This document shows, one piece after another, positions 34,831 through 41,785 of a stretch of 50,855 nt of DNA. The notes beneath the pieces were generated by a model. That model was not told the DNA's origin and ran no database searches. It was given only the letters and a program-made list of their open reading frames with translations. The stretch covers positions 1-50,855 of the IMG/VR virus record IMGVR_UViG_3300033417_000013, one strand, 5' to 3'. Each line of letters begins with the position of its first letter. The first letter of the stretch is position 1. This DNA comes from a virus. The position numbers were made by a program, and so were the translations under genes.

Positions 34831-34892
34831 CAGAACGCCATTAGCGGCGGTTATAAGTTCGTTATAATTCGCGCCATGACTCCGGGGCAGGG

Positions 34893-35099
34893 CTACGCTC
34901 CGGGCTGGGGCGGCGGGGCAGGGGGATCGTCATCAAAAAAAATCCGCAGAACGTCGATGGGTATTGTGTCTGTGTCAGGATGCAATGCTTCTGTCAAGCG
35001 CTCGATTAGATCGTCCCGTGTCCCGTGATCGGGTTCAGTATCCCCGATGATTATCTCGGCAAGTTTACGCCGTTCGGTTTCGTCGTACAGGTCTGCCAT
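34893..35099 (-). CDS. Small highly acidic protein (68 aa)
   Basis: AGGAGG upstream. About 19 Asp/Glu, Pro-rich tail. Own extended -10 promoter. Confidence 0.6.
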   Translation of the reverse strand: MADLYDETERRKLAEIIIGDTEPDHGTRDDLIERLTEALHPDTDTIPIDVLRIFFDDDPPAPPPQPGA

Positions 35100-35150
35100 G
35101 TCGCCTCCTGGGGATAAAGTTGCGATATATGCGCTGGTCGCTTATGGCCC

Positions 35151-35159
35151 ATTATAACA
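35151..35159 (-). promoter_or_regulatory. Extended -10 promoter TGtTATAAT
   Basis: Minus strand GTGTTATAAT, about 45 nt upstream of ATG 35099. Confidence 0.55.
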
Positions 35160-35290
35160 CATTCCCGTCTGATAAGAACTCTTATATTTATAAACAAGTT
35201 GTGGTATTACTATGATAAATGTGATAAAATAAGTACATCGCAAATGAAGACAGCCAGCGAGTTCAGCGCTGGCTGTCGGTAGTCAAACAA

Positions 35291-35995
35291 ATGGAGAGTC
35301 GCATGACTACAGCACGTACTATAACAAAAAGTTGCAATGGTTGTAAGAAGGAAGTTGCATTAGTCGATTTCCACTTTCGCTCTAAGTATCGTGGTAAGAT
35401 AGTTGTTCCAACCGAACCTGCCCATGTCATAAGTGAATGCAAAACCTGTATGAGAGAACGTGGTAAAACCCAGAACCGTTTATCGCCCCATGAAACTCGA
35501 ACCGCCAGTGAGATGATGTTCATAGAGTATCTTGCATCACGTGGTGTCCCTGCCCTACCGGGCAAAGCGGTACAGTTTGCAGACGTAGACATCGTAGCCT
35601 ATGGACATATCTGGGTTGAAGTTAAATACTCAACCTTAGATTACAGTCACAACGCAAAGCGTTTTCGCTGGAGCTTCTCACCCAAGCAAGTTGAGCGCGG
35701 TGTCTATGGACACATCATTGCGCTGATCTGCGATTACGGCGAACGACAGACTTACCACCTGTTCCCCTGGGATGCGAAGTATTTCTACAATGAGGATAAT
35801 AAGCCAAAGACGGGTATCAACTTCGTACCTGGACAAATGGAAGCTGTGAAACACAAACGGCGGCATATCCTGACACAACCCGTTATGGACTTAGCGCAGG
35901 ATCGTACCAGTCTGATTAGCACTTACCTCACTCGAATTCATCATGCATTGTGTGAAGGTAAGCGCCCTGAGAGAGAGAGGCCCTTCTCTCGCTGA
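35291..35995 (+). CDS. Free-standing PD-(D/E)XK-type endonuclease with N-terminal CxxC...CxxC module
   Basis: CNGCKKEVALVDFHF...ECKTCMRERG, then FADVDIVAYGHIWVEVKYS (D..E.K). AT-rich. ATG 35303 is an alternative start. Confidence 0.6.
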   Translation: MESRMTTARTITKSCNGCKKEVALVDFHFRSKYRGKIVVPTEPAHVISECKTCMRERGKTQNRLSPHETRTASEMMFIEYLASRGVPALPGKAVQFADVDIVAYGHIWVEVKYSTLDYSHNAKRFRWSFSPKQVERGVYGHIIALICDYGERQTYHLFPWDAKYFYNEDNKPKTGINFVPGQMEAVKHKRRHILTQPVMDLAQDRTSLISTYLTRIHHALCEGKRPERERPFSR

Positions 35996-36000
35996 ACATC

Positions 36001-36016
36001 GGGGGCTTCGGCCCCC
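36001..36016 (+). terminator. Hairpin GGGGGC-TTCG-GCCCCC after the nuclease gene
   Basis: Starts 6 nt after stop 35995. The U-tract is weak. Confidence 0.4.
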
Positions 36017-36077
36017 CACTCCCTTTCATTCCCGTAACATTCCACCGCGCCAACATTACAGCGCTGTAATGCGCCCC

Positions 36078-36167
36078 TCACCCCTCTCGCATCCCGGCCC
36101 ACGCCGCCAGCGCGATCACGCACAGCAGCAGCACGACGTTGAGTGACCATTCGGTGTCGTAAGTCAT
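36078..36167 (-). CDS. 29-aa single-TM peptide, possibly leaderless
   Basis: MTYDTEWSLNVVLLLCVIALAAWAGMREG. The ATG lies 6 nt downstream of TGGTATAAT. Confidence 0.35.
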   Translation of the reverse strand: MTYDTEWSLNVVLLLCVIALAAWAGMREG

Positions 36168-36173
36168 GCTGGT

Positions 36174-36182
36174 ATTATACCA
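36174..36182 (-). promoter_or_regulatory. Extended -10 promoter TGgTATAAT
   Basis: Minus strand TGGTATAAT immediately after the stop of 36196..36840. Confidence 0.45.
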
Positions 36183-36195
36183 CGCGGCGCGGGGT

Positions 36196-36840
36196 TCATC
36201 CCGGTAGCATCCCTACTGCGAAATCATCTAATTCCAACGATGTGTTCGTATTGATACGAACCCCAAAACTACCTGACTGGCTGTATGTTGCGTCTTCCAC
36301 CTGTCCTATAAATGCCCAGCCTTCGCCCCGATTCTCGTAAGCAGCTATTGTGTCACCTCGGATACGCGCTCCAATCTGCATTCCATCTTCCAGATCGTCA
36401 ATTGCTACGGTGTCAAGCTCAGTGCCAACACCGTCATCCAACCGACCAAACGCAACATGATGATTGCCGGTGCTATCCAGAACAAACGCAACCTGATACG
36501 CATCAAAAGTAGCAATTTCCGCTGTGTCCTTTGCACGCAGTAAAAAAGCGGCAAGGGGCGTTGGTGCGCCACCCTCCGGCCCAACTATAGATAACGTTGC
36601 CGTGAGATCATAATCAGCCTTCGTGGGTGGTGTATTCCAAACACCCAGGTTTGACGTACTTCCCACAGCAACCAATCGGTTATCAACGACATCGCCCTGG
36701 CCGAATACCCACGTCCAGTTATCGTTCGCAGGGCTTTCGTTGGGCCGGTTGAAGTCGTCTAAAATGACCGCACCCTCGCCGAACGCCCCCGCTCCGCCGC
36801 CGTGCATCAGCAGGGCGAGTTTGTGTGCGTTTGTACTCAC
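36196..36840 (-). CDS. Tail-associated beta-sandwich (ConA/LamG-like lectin?) protein
   Basis: 214 aa, last gene of the tail module. DDF motifs near both termini and all-beta composition. Weak inference. Confidence 0.3.
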   Translation of the reverse strand: MSTNAHKLALLMHGGGAGAFGEGAVILDDFNRPNESPANDNWTWVFGQGDVVDNRLVAVGSTSNLGVWNTPPTKADYDLTATLSIVGPEGGAPTPLAAFLLRAKDTAEIATFDAYQVAFVLDSTGNHHVAFGRLDDGVGTELDTVAIDDLEDGMQIGARIRGDTIAAYENRGEGWAFIGQVEDATYSQSGSFGVRINTNTSLELDDFAVGMLPG

Positions 36841-37178
36841 CGCCCGCCCTCGCGTGTGGCCTGCACCCCCAGCAACCGGCGCTTGAGGATCGCCCGCAAC
36901 TGCGTATCGTCCGCTGTGTCCAGCGCGTCAATGTCGGCTTGCAGCGCCGCCGCTTCAGCGGCCTCGGCCTGCTCTGCCGGGGTCAACTGTGTGCCATCAT
37001 GCACCGCAATCACGGCAGTGGCAGTCGTCACGTCCCGATCGTCCACTTCCACCCAACCATGCCCCAGATCGCCGCGTCCGCCGTAGCCCATGCGCTCAAC
37101 GGTGATGCTAGCGGTTGTCAATTCGCCGCGTAGGATATTGTGCCGTGTTCGGCCCTCAAAGAGTATGCGTATCGTCAT
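36837..37178 (-). CDS. Hypothetical tail-module protein (113 aa)
   Basis: ATGA-type coupling. Follows the fibre gene. Confidence 0.55.
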   Translation of the reverse strand: MTIRILFEGRTRHNILRGELTTASITVERMGYGGRGDLGHGWVEVDDRDVTTATAVIAVHDGTQLTPAEQAEAAEAAALQADIDALDTADDTQLRAILKRRLLGVQATREGGR

Positions 37179-37186
37179 ATCGCCTC

Positions 37187-38647
37187 CTAAGCGCTAATCA
37201 GGTCGGGGCTGAGATTGTCGATATAACCGTGAATGTAGAAACTCATATTTTCATCCTGGGCATCGCCATAAGCGGCCCCCACCTGACTGCTGCTAACCTC
37301 AAAAACGCCTTCAAAGTTGAATGCATCAAACGACCCTGCTGTGTACATGAAGCGCGATACGCTGTTGACAAACCAGAACGTGTTTATTGTTGCTGCCGGT
37401 TGCGCGAGTTTTACATAAGCGATGACATAACGGGATGTCGTCGGCAATAGACCGCTGCAATCAATAGCTGTTGCCGCGCCTGACCCATTCCCAAGATCAG
37501 CGGCATTCAGAATGCGATAGGGCGCTGCGTCTGCTACTTCCGTAAAGCGGACTTCCCGCTTACACCCGCCACCGGCGACGGTTTTCTGTTTAATTAGGTC
37601 GCTGGTCGCATCGGTCACAACCGCCCCGACGTACCGTTTGTTGTCATCATAGCCGGTTGGCAGTGTCGGTGTGGTTGCACTCAGAGAGGCGATGAAGCCC
37701 GTACCGCTGCCGCCGCTACACATCCACACGTAGTAAATGGTATCGGATGCAATCGTACCGGTATCCAGCGCGTTAATGCCGGTGGTGGTCATATCAACCG
37801 AGCCGCCGCCGTTGGCGCTGGACATCAGGACGGCATGGGTATCATCCAGCGCCTGACCCTCAGCAATCGTGATGGCTTCGTCGCCGGTGACATTCACTTC
37901 CAGACCGATAATATGCCCGCGTGGTGTTGACCCGCCGCCACCCAACGCCAGAATGGTGGCGATTGTCGCCTCTTTAGGCGTGTTGGTGTCGTCAACATCC
38001 TTGAACACCAGCGTATCGGTATCGACGGGCGTACCCGTGTCCAACTTGTCGATGTCCAGGTTGACCGTGACGGTATCGGTTGCGCTGTCGGCTGTGCCAA
38101 TGCCCGTTCCACCCAGGATACTCAGGGTATTGCCATCGGTGATCGTCTGCCCGCCGCCCGTGTCGCCCGCAACGGTGAATGAGGTCATGCCCCCGCCGCC
38201 GCCAGTCTCGATGAAGCCGACCAGTACCCAGGTTGAACCGAAACGCACCAGATGCGCGGCCCGTCCTGTATTGTCCAGGCTGCGGTCACTGCCATCACCC
38301 GTGACGATATTGCCCGTGCCATGTTTGAGGACTACTGTGCGGGCATCATCGGCAGGCAGCAGATACAACACATCGCCATCCGCGCCGGTAATGGTGTCCA
38401 GGTCGTCGCTGGCTGCGTCGCTCTCGGTGTCCACCGTGTGCATGGACTGCGTGACGGTGATCACGCCGCTGGCTATCGTGAGTTCGGTGGCGGTCTCGAA
38501 GTTCAACTGGTCGAACGGCTGGGTGCCATTCAGCAGGTCTTCGATTGCGCCCTCAAGATCGCCGAACGGCGTGGTAAAGTCCGCCGGGTCAATCGTCGAT
38601 CCCGCCGGGCCGATGTTGCTGGTGTCTACCGTAATGTCCTGTGCCAT
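37187..38647 (-). CDS. Tail fibre / receptor-binding protein (putative)
   Basis: 486 aa, Gly/Thr/Asp-rich repeats. Position after Tal. AGGAGC upstream. Confidence 0.6.
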   Translation of the reverse strand: MAQDITVDTSNIGPAGSTIDPADFTTPFGDLEGAIEDLLNGTQPFDQLNFETATELTIASGVITVTQSMHTVDTESDAASDDLDTITGADGDVLYLLPADDARTVVLKHGTGNIVTGDGSDRSLDNTGRAAHLVRFGSTWVLVGFIETGGGGGMTSFTVAGDTGGGQTITDGNTLSILGGTGIGTADSATDTVTVNLDIDKLDTGTPVDTDTLVFKDVDDTNTPKEATIATILALGGGGSTPRGHIIGLEVNVTGDEAITIAEGQALDDTHAVLMSSANGGGSVDMTTTGINALDTGTIASDTIYYVWMCSGGSGTGFIASLSATTPTLPTGYDDNKRYVGAVVTDATSDLIKQKTVAGGGCKREVRFTEVADAAPYRILNAADLGNGSGAATAIDCSGLLPTTSRYVIAYVKLAQPAATINTFWFVNSVSRFMYTAGSFDAFNFEGVFEVSSSQVGAAYGDAQDENMSFYIHGYIDNLSPDLISA

Positions 38648-38660
38648 GTTCGCTCCTGGA

Positions 38661-38690
38661 AAACAAAAAAGCGCCTTAGTGGGCGCTTTT
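38661..38690. terminator. Bidirectional-looking intrinsic terminator before the fibre gene
   Basis: AAAAGCGCC, 6 nt, GGCGCTTTT with A/T runs on both sides. Confidence 0.65.
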
Positions 38691-38713
38691 GTGGATGGGT
38701 GGTCGGGGTGGTG

Positions 38714-38950
38714 CTAGGGCAGGAAGTAGTCTGCCGTCAATCGCACCCCGCATGTCCGGTCAATGTATTCAATACCCCCCAGCACGTAGCTGAAGACATC
38801 CGTGTAAGGGCCGATACGCGGCTCACCAAAGGTAAAGGCCTGTACACCATTTTCAACGATGGTAATGCCGGGGCAGGGTTCGCCCTGCTGGAAGGCTGTA
38901 TCTACTGGAGCTATCCACAGCATAAGTGACATCAATAATACAATCATCAT
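38714..38950 (-). CDS. Small secreted protein (moron), 78 aa
   Basis: Signal-like MMIVLLMSLMLWIAPVDTA, two Cys. GAGGG upstream. Own promoter and terminator. Confidence 0.6.
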   Translation of the reverse strand: MMIVLLMSLMLWIAPVDTAFQQGEPCPGITIVENGVQAFTFGEPRIGPYTDVFSYVLGGIEYIDRTCGVRLTADYFLP

Positions 38951-38975
38951 TCTCAACCCTCACTCTGATCTTTTG

Positions 38976-38984
38976 ATTGTATCA
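38976..38984 (-). promoter_or_regulatory. Extended -10 promoter TGaTACAAT (the TGA is the Tal stop codon)
   Basis: Minus strand TGATACAAT, about 25 nt upstream of ATG 38950. Confidence 0.45.
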
Positions 38985-40910
38985 TGAGAACACACTGATT
39001 GTCTGGATGGTTTCGTACACATCCAAATAGACTTTTACCAATCCCTGCCCACCACTGCATGAAATGACAATCGGGTGTGCTGCCTGCAAGGTTGCCACGC
39101 TGTTAATTTCATCGGTGATGTCGATCTCAGTGTCCAACCCTGTACCGCCGGAATCCAGGCCAATCCCGACTACCTGTGAATTAACCAGGATACCGATACT
39201 ATCTGGAAAGTCGGTATCATCGTTAATTCCATAGTTGAGATTATGGGTGTGCGCTGGCACACTGTGGGTATGACTGGGGATGGTTACGGTGTGCGTGTGT
39301 TCGGGCGATTCGTTGAATGAGCGCAGTGGGTCAAGGCTTTCCGAAGTCGGCAGCTCAAAGAATACAAAACCACCACTAGGGTTATCAGCGCGATATTGAC
39401 GAACGGTAAATCCACCCTCGTAAGTTTCATCACGCACCGCCCAAACATGCCTATGCGCTGTTGCGCTGCTGGTCGGGGCGCTACCGCCACCGCTACCTGA
39501 TGTTGAGCCACCGCCAGAAGCGGCCCCACTTGCCAATGCCCGGAAAGGTGATGTGACAACTCGCAGCACCACCCGGTTAATCGCCTGCACTGCATTGGTG
39601 ACATTCAATTCGAAGGTGACATTGTTGCTGCTGTCAATTTCAAACTGGTCAACATAGGTATAGTGTGAGAAATAAGGCTTCACCGAGACATTATTGATGC
39701 GTATATCTTCCAACGCACCGATCACCACCCGCGCATTGTCCACTTCGTAGCGGTCAATGTTGGCGATCTTGAGGCGCAACTGCGTCCCACGTGGCCCGTA
39801 TATCTCAGCCACTTCCATGATAAAGAAGTCACTATTAATGTCACGATACGTTACCAGTTCGCCCATGTCATTGGTAATCAGTCCTTTGTAGCGCACATGG
39901 ATTTTATCACCCGGTAGGATGTTCGTTCTGGGCTTACGCACCGTCACGCTGTAGCTCTCATACGGGTCTTTGTAACGATCCAGCCATGCCACCGCCGTAT
40001 CGTACAGCGCATTAGCAGCAGCCTCGACAGCAGCAGCGGATGTCCCGATGGGCGTTATGTCCTTAAATGTGCCGATTTTCTCAACTTGCCCGTAGCTGGT
40101 GATGCTGGCGCTGTTCTCAAGGTAGTACAGCGTTCTCCCGTCCGGCCCGGTGGTGCTTTGGATGGTATAAGGTGTGGTGCGAGTGCTGAATTCCAGGCTC
40201 AACATAGCATCGCCCTCGCCGGCCCCCAATGGCAGCAGCCAGTTGACCAGGCTTTCGCTGTCCTGAAGTTTGATAAAGCTCTCGATTAGCAACACATCAT
40301 CATTGCCCGCCAGATCACTGCGAACATGCGGCGCGTTGATAATCCGTAGGCCATTGCTGACCCCAAACGCCCCGATCTCAAGTGTGCCTGCCGTGCTGCC
40401 CTGCCGGAAGTGGATGCCCTGCTGTTGGACGACAGATTGCAGCGCCTTGAGGATACTGGCTCCGTCGAGGCGCACACTCAGCAGATCGGTGTTGTTGCCG
40501 CTGCGTGTCCACCCGGAAGTCAGCCCCAGCAGATCGTCGACAATGTCCTGCACACTGTCTGCATCATAGATACGGCCCAACAGCACGTTAGTAAACTTAA
40601 GCTCGGCAAGCAAATCAGGACCGTCCACAGTCAGCACCCAACCGCTGCTGTCGTCTTTTGCACCGATAGACTCAACAATGCCTTCAACCAACTGGCGTTG
40701 GTTATCCTGTTCATCCCACAGCAGTACCCGTACCCGGCGCTTGGGTTGTATTAAATCCAGCGCCCGTTCGTCAGTCCCTGGCAGGTCTACGGTAAAACTA
40801 CCGCAACCATCGAGTACCCTTGTCACTGAGGCGGCGGTAGTCGTCCGTATCGGGCCTTTACCCAACCGGTTGCCTGCTGCGTCAAATACCTCAACCAGAA
40901 TAGCCATCAC
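38982..40910 (-). CDS. Tail-associated protein / baseplate hub (Tal-like) with C-terminal HxH-repeat needle
   Basis: 642 aa after Dit. Gly/Ser linker, then EHTHTVTIPSHTHSVPAHTHNL. ATG 40907 is an alternative start. Confidence 0.6.
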   Translation of the reverse strand: MMAILVEVFDAAGNRLGKGPIRTTTAASVTRVLDGCGSFTVDLPGTDERALDLIQPKRRVRVLLWDEQDNQRQLVEGIVESIGAKDDSSGWVLTVDGPDLLAELKFTNVLLGRIYDADSVQDIVDDLLGLTSGWTRSGNNTDLLSVRLDGASILKALQSVVQQQGIHFRQGSTAGTLEIGAFGVSNGLRIINAPHVRSDLAGNDDVLLIESFIKLQDSESLVNWLLPLGAGEGDAMLSLEFSTRTTPYTIQSTTGPDGRTLYYLENSASITSYGQVEKIGTFKDITPIGTSAAAVEAAANALYDTAVAWLDRYKDPYESYSVTVRKPRTNILPGDKIHVRYKGLITNDMGELVTYRDINSDFFIMEVAEIYGPRGTQLRLKIANIDRYEVDNARVVIGALEDIRINNVSVKPYFSHYTYVDQFEIDSSNNVTFELNVTNAVQAINRVVLRVVTSPFRALASGAASGGGSTSGSGGGSAPTSSATAHRHVWAVRDETYEGGFTVRQYRADNPSGGFVFFELPTSESLDPLRSFNESPEHTHTVTIPSHTHSVPAHTHNLNYGINDDTDFPDSIGILVNSQVVGIGLDSGGTGLDTEIDITDEINSVATLQAAHPIVISCSGGQGLVKVYLDVYETIQTISVFS

Positions 40911-41785
40911 ACCCCGTAGTACGCATCATTGTATTTGAACGTCACAGTGGCTGCGTCGCCGCTGTTGGCGAACACCACGCGAATAGTATTGCTCCCCGGC
41001 AGCAAGCGCATCCATTCCGGGTGATCGTAATCGAAGGCGCTGTCAAACGCATCATTGCCCTCGTACAGCACCGATAAATCCCGCGCATCAATCACCAGTG
41101 TTTCGCTGTTACCGAGGGTCATGGTGCGCGTCACTTCATCGACCACCACACTATCGACAATGCGCTGGATGGTCGGGTTTTCCGCCGTTTGTGACCCGCT
41201 GCAAGCAATGGTGATCTGTGGATGGGTGATGGCGTTGCCGCTGTTGGTCAGGGTTGTTTCCGTTAGCACCCCACTGGCGGCCAGGGCGATCCCCGGCCAT
41301 TCCGCTTGTCCATACAAGGCAATGCCCCAGATCGCGCCGACACTACCCTCCGTTAGCCAGCGCGGATAGGACACCGACCAGGTAATGCGGAACGGTTGGT
41401 GCAGGTCACTGAAACGATCTTCTTGTTTGTCATACTCAATGTCAATGATCCGCGCATCGCAATAGCGTTCTTCGGCGGCGCTGTCGGACGGCTGCATGTA
41501 CAACCGCTGCTTGCCCCACCCTGCCATTCCGTTGATGGCATCGCGTCTTGCGCTCATCTGCGCTCGACTGCGGGCTACCAGCGTCAGTTCCTGCCGGACA
41601 ACCCCGCTGCGCTGCGAAGCGATGCCGGTTCCCTGTTCATCATGCCCACCGACACTCCCCGGTAGGTCGGTGATCTTCTCATCCAAGCGGCGGAAGTTGT
41701 CGTTGAAATTGCCCAGCGCCACGTAGGACTCGGTGAAGTCAAACGCCTGTGCTGTGCCGATAAAACCGTAGCGTGTCAGTGGCAT
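40907..41785 (-). CDS. Distal tail protein (Dit-like)
   Basis: 292 aa immediately after the tape measure gene. Confidence 0.6.
   Translation of the reverse strand: MPLTRYGFIGTAQAFDFTESYVALGNFNDNFRRLDEKITDLPGSVGGHDEQGTGIASQRSGVVRQELTLVARSRAQMSARRDAINGMAGWGKQRLYMQPSDSAAEERYCDARIIDIEYDKQEDRFSDLHQPFRITWSVSYPRWLTEGSVGAIWGIALYGQAEWPGIALAASGVLTETTLTNSGNAITHPQITIACSGSQTAENPTIQRIVDSVVVDEVTRTMTLGNSETLVIDARDLSVLYEGNDAFDSAFDYDHPEWMRLLPGSNTIRVVFANSGDAATVTFKYNDAYYGV

Noticed and set aside
34578-34841. 87-aa ORF inside the structured region
   Set aside because: It uses rare codons (AGG x3, CGA, ATA x2, GTA x2) and has an SD only 1 nt from an internal ATG. The basic low-complexity tail coincides with GC hairpins. 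I treated the region as non-coding.
37869-38717. 282-aa plus-strand ORF rich in Ser/Pro/Val
   Set aside because: It is the mirror frame of the Gly/Thr/Asp-rich tail fibre gene. The low-complexity composition is explained by the fibre repeats.
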